NCBI GenBank assembly: GCA_963692865.2
Contig: OY843592.1
Coordinates: 1,664,001-1,728,000 of the forward strand
Source: a bacterium
GTDB lineage: Bacteria; UBA8248
Reading direction: 5' to 3'
DNA: 64,000 nucleotides
Of this stretch, positions 42,097-53,457 are shown piece after piece. The position numbers and the translations under genes were made by a program. Within the stretch, counting starts at the first letter, position 1. Every line of letters starts with the position of its first letter. The notes beneath the pieces were generated by a model. It ran no database searches. It was not told where the DNA came from and saw only the letters and a list, made by a program, of their open reading frames with translations.

Positions 42097-43116
42097 ATGA
42101 AAATGTTGAAAGGAATCATTGCTGGTCTGTTGGCGGTCGCTCTTCTGAGCGCGCCGGCTTTCGCCGCGGACGACGCCACCATGCGCGCCGCCAAGAAAGA
42201 GGGGAAAGTCACCTGGTATTCCTCCATCACAATCAATATCGCGCAGGATATCTGCAACCGCTTCAACAAGAAAAAAATGGGCGTTCAGTGCGTCCTCCAC
42301 CGAGACGGATCGGGGAAGCTCTACCGTCGCTATCTGCAGGAACGCAAAGGCGGCATTTACGTCGCCGACGTAATTCACACGTCGAACCTGGGGCATTTCC
42401 TGAACTTGAAAGCCAAGAAGATCATCACGCCCTACAAGCCGGCCGGAACGGACAACTTCAACGCGAAGTTCGTTACCAAGGACAACTACTGGACGATTCT
42501 TCGCGCGGGCGTATTGATGCCCTTCTACAACACGAAGAAAGTCAGCGAGAAGGACGCGCCCAAGACGTATGCGGATTTCCTCGACCCCAAGTGGAAGGGC
42601 AAAATCATTCAATCACACCCCAGCTACAGCGGGTTCGTAACGAACGGCATGATCAACATCGTGAACAGGTTCGGCTGGGGTTATTATGAGAAGTTGGCCA
42701 AGCAAAAGCCGAAAATCGTGCAATCCGCGGCCGGCAGCGTTCCTCTCGTAGCGCGCGGGGAAGCTTTGATTGGTACGGGTACGACATCTTATACGCTGCT
42801 CAAGCAAATGCAGAAAGGCGAGCCTCTCAAGCCCGTCATTCCACCGGCGGGCTTGGCTCTGGTGACCTCACCGAACGGAGTGTTCACGAAAGCGCCGAAC
42901 CCCAACGCCGCGCGCGTGTTCACGGATTACCTGTTCAGTCAGGAGACCATGCAGCTTCTGGCGGACTACTTCCTCTACGTGGGCAATCCGAATGTGAAAT
43001 ATCCCAAGGGATTGCCGGCGCTCAAGGACATCAACTTGATGGCCATCGGCGGGGCGGAACTGAAGAAGAAGAACAAGCCGACGCGCGCGAAGTTTAAAAA
43101 GCTCTTCGGCGTGTAA
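42097..43116 (+). CDS. ABC substrate-binding protein (Fe3+/thiamine-type family)
   Basis: Signal peptide AFA-A, AAKKEGKVTWYSS, DFLDPKWKGK, APNPNAARVF. Confidence 0.9.
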   Translation: MKMLKGIIAGLLAVALLSAPAFAADDATMRAAKKEGKVTWYSSITINIAQDICNRFNKKKMGVQCVLHRDGSGKLYRRYLQERKGGIYVADVIHTSNLGHFLNLKAKKIITPYKPAGTDNFNAKFVTKDNYWTILRAGVLMPFYNTKKVSEKDAPKTYADFLDPKWKGKIIQSHPSYSGFVTNGMINIVNRFGWGYYEKLAKQKPKIVQSAAGSVPLVARGEALIGTGTTSYTLLKQMQKGEPLKPVIPPAGLALVTSPNGVFTKAPNPNAARVFTDYLFSQETMQLLADYFLYVGNPNVKYPKGLPALKDINLMAIGGAELKKKNKPTRAKFKKLFGV

Positions 43117-43124
43117 CAAGTATG

Positions 43125-43167
43125 GGCGGGGGCGGTTTCTCGTGAAATATCGAGAAACCGCTCCCGC
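43125..43167 (+). terminator. Intercistronic stem-loop after the binding-protein gene
   Basis: GCGGGGGCGGTTTCTCG pairs with CGAGAAACCGCTCCCGC. Confidence 0.6.
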
Positions 43168-43228
43168 TTCATTGCTTTACAGGCGCAATTTTCGATAGCT
43201 ACCTAACGCGAGAAGGATACACGCGCTT

Positions 43229-44974
43229 ATGACGCAGGACGCAAGCCAACTTCCCGGAACGATATCGGGAGGTGAGCCCTCAGCCACCAGGAAATTCGAC
43301 TATACCGTCATTGTTTGGGTTGTACTGCTTATCCTTCTAATCATCCTGGTGGCGAATCCCATCTTCCAGCTCTTCAAGGAAAGTTTCTTCGTTTCCGAGG
43401 ACGAGGCCGGCGGCTTCACCTTCCAGAACTACATCGACGCTTTCGAGACCGATGAATACTACAAGCCGATGTATATCACGATGATGCTCGCCATCTCCGT
43501 GGGCTCCATATCCCTGGTAGTGGGAGCGGTGATGGCCTGGGTCGTCAGCCGAACGGACATACCTTTCCCGAGTCTGATCAGGAACGGCATCCTGGCCTCT
43601 TTCGTTACCCCTCCCTTCCTGGGCGCCATCGCCTGGATCTTCCTGGCGGGCCAAAACGAAGGGTGGCTGAACAAGTCGATACGCTGGATATTCGGTTTGA
43701 GCGAGGAATTTTATCTGTTCGACATCTTCACGATGAAGGGCGTCATATTCGCCATGTCGCTCTATTCGTTTCCCCTCGTCTTCATCGTTGTTCTGGCGGG
43801 CCTGAACAACATCTCATCGGACGTGGAGGACGCGGCCAATGTGGCGGGCGGCGGCACGTTCCATACCATGTTTAGTATTACGTTGCCGCTGGTGGCGCCC
43901 TCCCTGTTTGCAGGTTTTATTCTGGCGGCGCTTGAGGCGATGATCCTTTTCGGCATCCCGGCGGTATTGTCGATTCCGGCAGGCCAGCACACGATGACAA
44001 CCCAACTGCGCGCTTTTATGGTTTCAGAAGATGACTTGCTCGGTTTGGCCTCGGCCTACGCGATGCCCATGCTTATTCTGGCGATCGGCATGGTTTGGAC
44101 GCGGGGCATTGTGTTGGGCCGCAGGGGTTACGCAACCGTCGGCGGCAAGGGAGGGCAGAGGCGTCCGCAAAAACTCGGCGTTTGGCGGATACCGATATTC
44201 ATTCTCTGCATGATTCCGCTCGTGTGCGCCATCGTGCTGCCCGGATTCGCTTTGCTGACCACGTCTTTCATGAGAAACCTGGGCGGCGGACTGGAATGGT
44301 CGAACTTCACCTTATGGAATTATCACTTCATCCTGACGAACGACGCGGTGAGGGTGTCGATCTACAATACGATTCTCCTGGCCATCATGGCGGCGACCGG
44401 CGCTACCATTGTGGCTGCGATTTCCGCTTTCATCGCTCAGCGCAAGCTCATCAAGGGCCATCAATACATGGGATTCATGGCGACCGCGCCCATCGGGATC
44501 CCCGGCATCGTCCTGGCGGTGGGCCTGTTCGCAGCCTATACGAAGCAGCCCTTCGTGCTGTACGGGACGCTTTGGATCATGTTCCTGGCGTATCTCACCA
44601 AATACCTGCCCCTTGCGTATCAGACGTCGAACGCGGGTCTATCGAGCATTCATCCCGAACTCGAGGAGAGTTGCCGCATCATGGGGGCGAATCGTCTCCA
44701 GGTTTTCAAGGACGTGACGGTGCCTCTGTTCAAGACAGCCGTCATCGCGTCTTGGATATTGGTGTTCATGCCGTCGCTCCGGGAACTGAGCGCCTCGGTT
44801 CTGCTTTGGACGACGAACACGAAGGTCATCTCGGTCGTCATCGTCGATTTTTACGAGGAATCGCTGTTGGGTCCCATATCGGCCTTGGGCGTCTTGCTCT
44901 TGCTCATCACTTTGGTGGCGATTGTGGTCGGGTTCCGTCTGGTAGGCAGGGACTTCATGAGTTCCAGTGGATAG
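43229..44974 (+). CDS. ABC permease (FbpB type, two BPD_transp_1 domains)
   Basis: Two EAA-like loops (VEDAANVAGG, LEESCRIMGA). Confidence 0.92.
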   Translation: MTQDASQLPGTISGGEPSATRKFDYTVIVWVVLLILLIILVANPIFQLFKESFFVSEDEAGGFTFQNYIDAFETDEYYKPMYITMMLAISVGSISLVVGAVMAWVVSRTDIPFPSLIRNGILASFVTPPFLGAIAWIFLAGQNEGWLNKSIRWIFGLSEEFYLFDIFTMKGVIFAMSLYSFPLVFIVVLAGLNNISSDVEDAANVAGGGTFHTMFSITLPLVAPSLFAGFILAALEAMILFGIPAVLSIPAGQHTMTTQLRAFMVSEDDLLGLASAYAMPMLILAIGMVWTRGIVLGRRGYATVGGKGGQRRPQKLGVWRIPIFILCMIPLVCAIVLPGFALLTTSFMRNLGGGLEWSNFTLWNYHFILTNDAVRVSIYNTILLAIMAATGATIVAAISAFIAQRKLIKGHQYMGFMATAPIGIPGIVLAVGLFAAYTKQPFVLYGTLWIMFLAYLTKYLPLAYQTSNAGLSSIHPELEESCRIMGANRLQVFKDVTVPLFKTAVIASWILVFMPSLRELSASVLLWTTNTKVISVVIVDFYEESLLGPISALGVLLLLITLVAIVVGFRLVGRDFMSSSG

Positions 44975-44989
44975 AAAGGGAGATTTGCG

Positions 44990-46069
<1,080 letters not shown>

Positions 46070-46079
46070 AGCCTCATCC

Positions 46080-47042
46080 ATGCAAATCGTTATTCCCGAC
46101 GATTGCTTCCGGTTGTTCGAAGATTCAGAAGCCCTTGGGAGACTGCGCGCCTTAGGCGACGTGCATTACTACACCGATAATGCCGAGACCGAAGAATCGC
46201 TCCGCGAGCGCCTGAAAGATGCGGAAATCATCCTCACGACCAGGTACCAGACTGACTTCAAGACGACCGATTTGCTGGATCACATTCCCCGTCTCAAAAT
46301 GATATCCGTGATGGGCACGCGCCCGCGCATGATCGACATGGAGCGCGCCAACGAACGCGGGGTCGTGGTGAGCACGACGCCTGCGGCGAGCGCCTCTTCC
46401 GTGGCCGAGCACACCATGATGCTGATACTGGCGCTGGCGAAAAGAATGCCGCTCATGTTCCCCGCTATGAGAGACGGCGGCTGGCCTCAGGAGCAAGGGG
46501 TCGAGCTCGCCGGAAAGACGCTGAGCCTCATCGGTTTCGGTCATATCGCCCGTTTGGTCTGCCGCATGGCCCTGGGCTTCGGTATGCGGGTCATCACCTG
46601 TTCTCCTTCGATGACGCCCGAACGCGCGCAGGCGGAGGAGGCGGAAGCGGCCTCCGTCGAGGAATGCCTCACGGCTGACGTGGTGTCGCTCCACCTTCAT
46701 TTGCCGGCGGGCGCCGCTCCTTTCATGACGAGAGAAAAATTCGCGCGGATGAAGGAGACGGCGTTTTTCATCAACACGGCGCGCGCTCGGATTGTGGATG
46801 AGGATGCGCTGCTGGACGCCTTGCAAAACCGGCGCATCGCAGGTGCGGGTCTGGACGTTTTCGAGCCTTTCGAGCCGTTGCCGAAGGAATCGATATACAG
46901 GACTTTGGATAACGTCGTCATTACGCCGCATTCGGCCTGGATCACGGACGGCGCCCATGCGAGGTTCCGCAACGTGCCTGTGGCGAACGTCGAAGCGTTC
47001 CTGAGAGGCGCGCCCGTCAACGTCGTTACAGATAACGCGTAA
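46080..47042 (+). CDS. D-2-hydroxyacid dehydrogenase family
   Basis: SVAEH, IGFGHIA, INTAR, AGLDVF..EP, TPH. Confidence 0.9.
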   Translation: MQIVIPDDCFRLFEDSEALGRLRALGDVHYYTDNAETEESLRERLKDAEIILTTRYQTDFKTTDLLDHIPRLKMISVMGTRPRMIDMERANERGVVVSTTPAASASSVAEHTMMLILALAKRMPLMFPAMRDGGWPQEQGVELAGKTLSLIGFGHIARLVCRMALGFGMRVITCSPSMTPERAQAEEAEAASVEECLTADVVSLHLHLPAGAAPFMTREKFARMKETAFFINTARARIVDEDALLDALQNRRIAGAGLDVFEPFEPLPKESIYRTLDNVVITPHSAWITDGAHARFRNVPVANVEAFLRGAPVNVVTDNA

Positions 47043-47058
47043 GAAGACGGACGAAACA

Positions 47059-47095
47059 GCTCCGGCAGGCCGATGCGCCGCCGGGGCGGTTTTTG
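47059..47095 (+). terminator. Candidate intrinsic terminator
   Basis: GC-rich imperfect stem followed by TTTTT. Confidence 0.45.
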
Positions 47096-47097
47096 TT

Positions 47098-47778
47098 CTA
47101 CTCTTTTTTGATCAGTATGTTGTTGTACACCAGGGCTGCCGCCACGCCGCCGATGACGGGTCCTATCCAGTAGACGAGATGGTTCACGCCGTCGAAACCG
47201 CCTCCTGCCAATGCGGGGCCGAAGGTGCGCGCCGGGTTCATGGACGCTCCCGTGAGCGGACCGCCCATCAGAATGTCCGCGGCGATGGTGAGGCCGATCG
47301 CGAAACCGCCCACGTCGGGATGTCTGTCGTCCACGGCGGAGCCCCAGATGACGGTGACGAGGAAGAACGTGAGGATGATTTCGATCAGAATCCCCATGCC
47401 GAAACTCACGTCACTCGCCAGGGTCGGGGTTCCCAGATTCACCTTTTGCCAGACGTCGGCGGTAAAAATGATTCTGAGCAGGATACCGGCCACGGTCCCG
47501 CCCACGAGTTGACTGATGATGTAGGCGATGCCCGTGCCGCTGTCGGTTTTTTTCGTGACCATAAAGCCTATCGTGACGGCAGGATTGAAATGACCGCCCG
47601 AGACGTGTCCCATGGCGGAAATCATGACCGAGAGGATCAATCCATGGGCGAGGGCGATGCCGATGAGGCCCACGGCTCCGCCCGTTTTCTGGTTCAAGAT
47701 GATGGCGCCCGCGCCGATGAAGCACAGCGCAAACGTGCCGATGGCTTCCGCTACGCAGGCCCTTCCTGTAGGACTCAT
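47098..47778 (-). CDS. Aquaporin (MIP family)
   Basis: SGGHFNPAVT and GASMNPAR (two NPA motifs), YWIGP. Confidence 0.96.
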   Translation of the reverse strand: MSPTGRACVAEAIGTFALCFIGAGAIILNQKTGGAVGLIGIALAHGLILSVMISAMGHVSGGHFNPAVTIGFMVTKKTDSGTGIAYIISQLVGGTVAGILLRIIFTADVWQKVNLGTPTLASDVSFGMGILIEIILTFFLVTVIWGSAVDDRHPDVGGFAIGLTIAADILMGGPLTGASMNPARTFGPALAGGGFDGVNHLVYWIGPVIGGVAAALVYNNILIKKE

Positions 47779-47896
47779 TTTCTTCTCCTTATTCGTTCGG
47801 GCGAAAGAATTGGAGGAAAATTCATGCCGCTATTGATTCGATTTGAAGGACTCCAAGCGAGAATAACAGTCTATCCATATGCCTCATTATAGCAAA

Positions 47897-48856
47897 TCAT
47901 GATGGGCGCACCACGTTTTGGGGATTTCCCGAGAGCGCGGCGGCAATGTTTTCCACCGACATCAAAAGGCCCGCTTCGGTTACCTCGGGCGTGATGCCCG
48001 CGTTGTGCGGGGAGAGAACCACGTTTTTCAGTTTCCCGAGCGGATGATTAGCGGGCAAAGGCTCCTGATCGAAAACATCGAGACCCGCCGCGGCCAAGGT
48101 TTCGTTCTGCAAAGCCGATATGAGCGCCTCTTCATCCACGATGGGTCCACGGGCGGTATTCACCAAGATGGTGTTCGGCCCCATGCGGGATAACGCCTCG
48201 GCGCCGACCATGCCGATGGTGTCCGCCGATTGCCGCACGTGTATCGAGACGACGTCGGCCCGTTCATATAGAGAGTTCAAGTCAACGAATTCCAGTCCCA
48301 CTTCTTCGGCGAAATCATCGTCCGGATGAAACGTCCAGGCGATGAGCTTCATTCCGACCCCGGAGGCGATGCGGGCCGTCTGGCGGCCGATGGCGCCAAG
48401 GCCGATGAGGCCGAGCGTTTTTCCGTGCAATTGCTTCATCTGTCCCCGGGGCCACTCGTCCGCCCGCATGGCGGAATCATTGGCAGGTATTTGACGCGCC
48501 GCCGCCATCATCAAGGCCAGGGTGTGTTCGGCGACGGAAACGGCGGCCACGCCCGGCGTGTTCGATACGATGACGCCTGCGCTCTCGGCTGCCTTCAAAT
48601 CGACGTGGTCCGTCCCCGTGCCCCAGATCGAGAGTACCTTGAGATCGCTGCAATTCGAGAAAAAATCCGCGTCGAATTTGCAAAAAGCCCGGATGTTGAT
48701 GATTCCATCGGCCCCGGAAACGCGTCTCAGCAGTTCTTCGGACGTTTGCGGGTTTGAGGTATGGATTTCCGCATCCCCGATCTCCCGCAGGCGGGCATCG
48801 GCGCTGCTGTCCAAGAAAACGGAAGGGTAGTCATCCGGCACGACGATTCGGTTCAC
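47897..48856 (-). CDS. D-2-hydroxyacid / phosphoglycerate dehydrogenase family
   Basis: GTGTDHVD, GLGAIG, NTARG, GLDVFDQEP, SPH. Confidence 0.92.
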   Translation of the reverse strand: MNRIVVPDDYPSVFLDSSADARLREIGDAEIHTSNPQTSEELLRRVSGADGIINIRAFCKFDADFFSNCSDLKVLSIWGTGTDHVDLKAAESAGVIVSNTPGVAAVSVAEHTLALMMAAARQIPANDSAMRADEWPRGQMKQLHGKTLGLIGLGAIGRQTARIASGVGMKLIAWTFHPDDDFAEEVGLEFVDLNSLYERADVVSIHVRQSADTIGMVGAEALSRMGPNTILVNTARGPIVDEEALISALQNETLAAAGLDVFDQEPLPANHPLGKLKNVVLSPHNAGITPEVTEAGLLMSVENIAAALSGNPQNVVRPS

Positions 48857-48976
48857 GAAAAAGTCCCTTTATGATTATTTGAGAGCGATTGCCAAGGCGA
48901 TTCTCTTTTATCGCCCTGGCGTGCATAATGGCGTCTTTCTTCCGCTATTCTTATGACACCAAAGGAGACAAGACAA

Positions 48977-49531
48977 GTGGAGCCTCTCGATCCGCGTAAA
49001 GACAGCGCTGTTCCCGGTGAGCGCGCCATCGACAAGCCCGAACTTCCCACGCAGGGCTATGCCTTCACCATGTCCGCCGACGCCGAAACGATAGAGGGAA
49101 AGGGCCAACTCAAACAGGGGACGCACAGACATTTCGAGGTGTATTGCGACGAGCCGCCCCGCATCGGCGGTGAGGATTCCTACCCCCAGCCGCTTTGCTA
49201 CATCGCCATGGGGGTGGGGTTCTGACTCCTGACCCAGCTTGCGCGGTACGCGCATATGATGAAAGTCTCCTTCACGCACGCCAGGGTGCGCGTGGATTTC
49301 GATTACTTTTTGGGGGGTTCCGTCTTGAAGGGCACGGTGAGTGCCGGCTGCAACGAAGTACGCACGCACTTCGAGGTGGAATCCGATGAACCGGCGGAGA
49401 AAATTCTGGCGGTCATCAAGAACGCGAAGCAAGGCTGCTTCGCCGAACAAATGGTGACGGCCGCCGTTCCGCTGAAAAGCACCGTGAACCTGAACGGCGA
49501 ATCTATCTCTCTGAGCGGCGTTACGGCGTAA
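48977..49531 (+). CDS. OsmC-family protein with in-frame UGA (probable selenocysteine at residue 83)
   Basis: CDEP..IGGEDSYPQPL.YIAMGVGF-UGA-LLTQ...QGCF; ORFs 48953-49225 and 49256-49531 share a frame; hairpin follows the UGA; GTG start after AAGGAG. Confidence 0.85.
49240..49254 (+). promoter_or_regulatory. Candidate bacterial SECIS hairpin
   Basis: TGCGCG-GTA-CGCGCA; loop G lies 20 nt after the UGA. Confidence 0.65.
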
Positions 49532-49637
49532 AGCGCTTTGCTTCATGGTTTGAAACAGGCCCTCGCCGCCTGGAGGTTTATCGTAATCCGTCACTTGAGA
49601 CTGAAAAGAACGGTTTCGTCCTCCCGAAAAGGAAGGT

Positions 49638-51146
49638 TTATGCGGAGGCCGCGTTCGCCTTGGCGGCGCGCTGTCCCGCTGCGGTGCCCGCCAGCCGTCC
49701 GTAGACGGAGCCCAGGGTAAGCCCCGCTCCTCCCGGGTAGTTGAAATAGTAGACGCCGCCCACGAGTTCTCCCGCTGCGAACAGCCCGGGGATGAGCTCG
49801 TTCTCGGTGTTCATTACCTCCGCTTTGGGCGTCACGCGGATGCCGCCGAAAGTGAACGTGATGCCGGTCGTGACGGCGAAACCGAGATAGGGCGGCTCGT
49901 CGATGGGAAGCGCCCAGTTCGATTTCGGGGGGTCGATGCCCTTCGTGGATTTGCCGTCTTTGATGGTCGGGTTGTACTCGCCCGGCTGGATGGCGTCGTT
50001 GTATTCCTGAACGGTTTTAACGAATTCATCGACATCGATCTCGAGTTGCCTGGCGAGTTCTTCCAGCGTGTTGGCCTCGGCCTTGGTGACTTCACGGATG
50101 CGATATTCGTCGCGCAGCATGTGAACCGTTTTCTGGTCGAATATCTGAAAAGCGGCCCGTTGGGGCTGTTGGAGAATGTTCCGGCCGTATTTTGCGTAGG
50201 TATAGTTTCTGAAATCGGCTCCCTCATCCACGAAACGCTTGCCCTCGATGTTCACGATGATGCCGAACGGGTAGGAGTGTTTCTGGTAGGATTCCCCTAC
50301 CGTCAGATCACCGAAGGGCGGGGCGTTCAAGTCCCAGGCGACGGCGTGACAACCGCTCCAATTGCCGTAGGGCTGGGCGCCGATATCAAGCGCCATTTTG
50401 ATGCCGTCGCCCGTGTTGTAGGGGGTGCCGCGGACCTTCGCGAGTTCCCAGCCTGGACCGAGGTAACGGCAGCGCATCTCGGAGTTGGCCTCGAAGCCGC
50501 CTGACGCCAGAACGACCCCGTGGGTTTCGACTGTATAGGGCCCATCGGGGCCTTTGACTTCGACGCCGGTCACACCGCCCATCGGGTCGGTTATCAGGCG
50601 CATCGCCTTGGAGGCATAGCGAATCTCGACGCCCGCGTTGTTCGCGGCATCGAGGAGTGAGTCGATGAGGCCGCGCCCGCCACCGACGATCTCGAGAACC
50701 AGACCACCCCAGAAGCGCATCTTGCCGTCTACCTTGAAGGCTTGTCGGCCGCTTGCCAGGATCAGTCGCAAACCCTTTGACTGCATCCATTTGAGCGTCG
50801 GAAACGACTCGTGGATGAGGACGGAAGCGAGGTCGCCGTCTGTCTGGTATTCGGTCAGCATGGCGAGATCGTCAAAGAATTTTTCCGACGTATAGGGATC
50901 GATCTCGATGTTTTCTTTCTCGGCTTCGGAGAGATCGGGCACGAGCGAGTAGATGTCTTCGATGCTGTGGAAGGCGAAGCGGAAAAGGCCTCCCGAAAAA
51001 GCCGAATTCCCGCCGCGCCATGCTTCGGGCGCTTTTTCCAGCACCAGAACCTTCGCTCCCTCGTCTCGCGCCGCAAGCGATGCGCATAGAGCGGCGTTTC
51101 CGCAGCCCACGACGACGACATCGTATTTCTCCGTAGCATTCAGCAT
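49638..51146 (-). CDS. tcuA: FAD-dependent tricarballylate dehydrogenase TcuA-like flavoprotein
   Basis: VVGCGNAA, GGNSAF, SGGFEAN, VRGTPYNTGDG, RFVDEG, GITFTFGG, NYPGGAGL. Confidence 0.88.
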   Translation of the reverse strand: MLNATEKYDVVVVGCGNAALCASLAARDEGAKVLVLEKAPEAWRGGNSAFSGGLFRFAFHSIEDIYSLVPDLSEAEKENIEIDPYTSEKFFDDLAMLTEYQTDGDLASVLIHESFPTLKWMQSKGLRLILASGRQAFKVDGKMRFWGGLVLEIVGGGRGLIDSLLDAANNAGVEIRYASKAMRLITDPMGGVTGVEVKGPDGPYTVETHGVVLASGGFEANSEMRCRYLGPGWELAKVRGTPYNTGDGIKMALDIGAQPYGNWSGCHAVAWDLNAPPFGDLTVGESYQKHSYPFGIIVNIEGKRFVDEGADFRNYTYAKYGRNILQQPQRAAFQIFDQKTVHMLRDEYRIREVTKAEANTLEELARQLEIDVDEFVKTVQEYNDAIQPGEYNPTIKDGKSTKGIDPPKSNWALPIDEPPYLGFAVTTGITFTFGGIRVTPKAEVMNTENELIPGLFAAGELVGGVYYFNYPGGAGLTLGSVYGRLAGTAAGQRAAKANAASA

Positions 51147-51368
51147 TTCTCAAAACCTCCTCGAAGCCTTCTGTTCAAGGCGACTCGTATTTGTGCGGAT
51201 TTAGGGATGAGCCATTTCCACGGGGGTTTTCCATCAAGTCCGAAAGTGAGGAAAACTGGCTCTTAACTAGCATAATGACGGGGCCGGGTCAAAAAGTCCC
51301 GGGATAAGATGACTATTCACGGCATCGTGCTAATTCCAGAAACGTGTATCCTGACGACATCTGATTGG

Positions 51369-51397
51369 TTGACCATGCCGGTCGCCTCGCATAGAAT
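51369..51397 (+). promoter_or_regulatory. sigma70 promoter of the Fe-S protein gene
   Basis: TTGACC, 17-bp spacer, TAGAAT. Confidence 0.65.
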
Positions 51398-51430
51398 TTT
51401 CTGCTCATTTCCCATCCTCAAAGGAGCATC

Positions 51431-52747
51431 ATGGAAGCGGCTGCCTACCGGAGTTTCATGGAAGAGAGAATCACCCAAATCACCAAAGCCTGTACGCATT
51501 GCGGAAAGTGTTACGAGGTCTGCCCGATGGTCCCGTATTCAGAGGCCAAAGGCGCGGAGCCCGAGCGGGTGACGAAATCCGTGCTCGACATCATCAACGA
51601 TCGCTCCTATGAACCGGAAGGGGCGCTTTGGGCCAAGGCTTGTCAAAAAAGCGGCGTTTGCATCGAGGCCTGCCCGGAGGACGTCAACCCGCGTGAAATG
51701 CTCACCTACGCGAAGCTCAAGCTCCAGAATATCGAATCAGAAGAAGCGGACCTCCAAGAGGCCGGCAGGTCGTATTTTCAGGATCTGAGCCGGAAGATTC
51801 GTTTCATGGCCGCACTCCAGCTCGAGCCCGAGTTGTTCAGGAATCTCACCGCCGTGCGTGGCTCGGAGGCGAACAAAGTGGATGCGGTGTTTTACTTTGG
51901 ATGCAACATTCTCCAGACGCCCCATATCCTGCTCTCCTGCATCGATGTCTTCGACCGTCTTGGGCTGGACTATGAGGTGGCAGGGGGCGTGGGCCATTGT
52001 TGCGGCATCAACCACATCAGGCGTGGGGATCTGGAGGCGGGAGCAGAGATGGGCGCGCGGTCCCTGGAGTATTTCAAATCATATGCGCCTGAGAAAGTCA
52101 TTACATTTTGCCCCACTTGCCAGATGCAGTACTCTGAATATCAACATCTCTACACCGGAAAACCGGTTTTACCCATGGCGGGAGAGTTGAAATCTAACGA
52201 GGAGGAAATCCTGCCGTTCATCCACATCACGCAATATCTGGCGGATAATCTGGAAACCTTGCGGGGAGAATTCACGCAAAAAGTGGAAAAGCGCGTGGCC
52301 GTGCATCTACACGGCGGGAGCGATGGCGTAGAGGAAAACGTCTTGAAAATTCTCCGGGCGGTTCCGGGGATAGAGTTCGTGGAGATTGAACAGCTAGCTG
52401 ATCATGCCTATCAGTGCCCCACGCTCGTCATTCCAGAGGCGAAAGCGGCGATGCGCGAGAGACTTTTCGACTCGGCGCGCCGCGCTCGGGTCGACTCTTT
52501 GCTAACCGTTTATCACAGTTGTCACCGTGAACTATGCGGTCTGGAAAAGGGTGAATCCTTTGAAATCGAGAATTTCATGACGATTCTAGGACAAGCGATG
52601 GGTTTCGAGTATCCCGACTACACGAAGACGTACAAAATCTATGAGGATATCGACCGGGTTATTCATGAGGCGGGCGACACACTGCGCGCCTTCGGAATGG
52701 CGCCTGAAAAAATGCGTGATCAGCTTCAAACGGCGCTCTATGGTTGA
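51431..52747 (+). CDS. Fe-S oxidoreductase with ferredoxin and CCG domains (HdrD/GlcF-like)
   Basis: CTHCGKCYEVCP, CQKSGVCIEACP, YFGC, CCG, CPTC, YHSC. Confidence 0.88.
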   Translation: MEAAAYRSFMEERITQITKACTHCGKCYEVCPMVPYSEAKGAEPERVTKSVLDIINDRSYEPEGALWAKACQKSGVCIEACPEDVNPREMLTYAKLKLQNIESEEADLQEAGRSYFQDLSRKIRFMAALQLEPELFRNLTAVRGSEANKVDAVFYFGCNILQTPHILLSCIDVFDRLGLDYEVAGGVGHCCGINHIRRGDLEAGAEMGARSLEYFKSYAPEKVITFCPTCQMQYSEYQHLYTGKPVLPMAGELKSNEEEILPFIHITQYLADNLETLRGEFTQKVEKRVAVHLHGGSDGVEENVLKILRAVPGIEFVEIEQLADHAYQCPTLVIPEAKAAMRERLFDSARRARVDSLLTVYHSCHRELCGLEKGESFEIENFMTILGQAMGFEYPDYTKTYKIYEDIDRVIHEAGDTLRAFGMAPEKMRDQLQTALYG

Positions 52748-52767
52748 GCGCTGAGCCTTCCGGGTTT

Positions 52768-53457
52768 TTATTGTTTCCGTACCAAAACGATATTGAAATT
52801 ACCCAACTCATACGCTTTTCCCCAGGAAACCTTTTTGAGCGCAATGATCAAAGAGGGTCTGGCGCGTTCATGGTCGCCCAGTCTCGGGTCGCCCTGAAAA
52901 TATAGTTGCGTCACCAGGGGCTGGTAATCGGAGTGGCGGATGTAAAAATGAATGTGTGACGGCCTCGCCCAGAAGCCGAAGCCGTAACGCCCCGGATGCA
53001 CGGTTTCGAACTGATAAAGGCCTCGCCGAGTGGTGCGCATGCGCGCCCTGTAGAGATAATTCTCCTTCTCGTCCATGCCGTGGTAGCTGCCGCTGTCATC
53101 CGCCTGCCATACGTCGATAGTCGCGCCCTCGATCGTTTTCCGGGTGTTGTGCCCATAGACGCGGCCGCGGATGATCATCGGCGTGCCCGGCGCGTCCTTG
53201 GGCACCAAATAGCCGCGATAAGGAGCCCCTTCCTTGTAGAAGGGTCCCATGGAGTCCGAGGCGGTCGGCTTTCGCGCACTGGACGGCGCTTCGTCTGATT
53301 TTTTGCCTTGCGCGATGAGGAATTTTCCGAATTCCCCCAGTTCCCCGTAAGCGGGTGTGGGGGCGAGGGTTTCCCGAAGCGCGAAGGCCCCCGTGCCGAG
53401 CGCGGTCAGGCCAAGCAGGGAGTTTTTCAGCAATTCTCGTCTGTTCCATTTTCTCAT
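52768..53457 (-). CDS. Intradiol dioxygenase-like protein with Tat signal
   Basis: NRRELL twin-arginine leader; GPFY, DVWQADDSGSY, PGRY, RPSHIH, TQLYF. Confidence 0.88.
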   Translation of the reverse strand: MRKWNRRELLKNSLLGLTALGTGAFALRETLAPTPAYGELGEFGKFLIAQGKKSDEAPSSARKPTASDSMGPFYKEGAPYRGYLVPKDAPGTPMIIRGRVYGHNTRKTIEGATIDVWQADDSGSYHGMDEKENYLYRARMRTTRRGLYQFETVHPGRYGFGFWARPSHIHFYIRHSDYQPLVTQLYFQGDPRLGDHERARPSLIIALKKVSWGKAYELGNFNIVLVRKQ

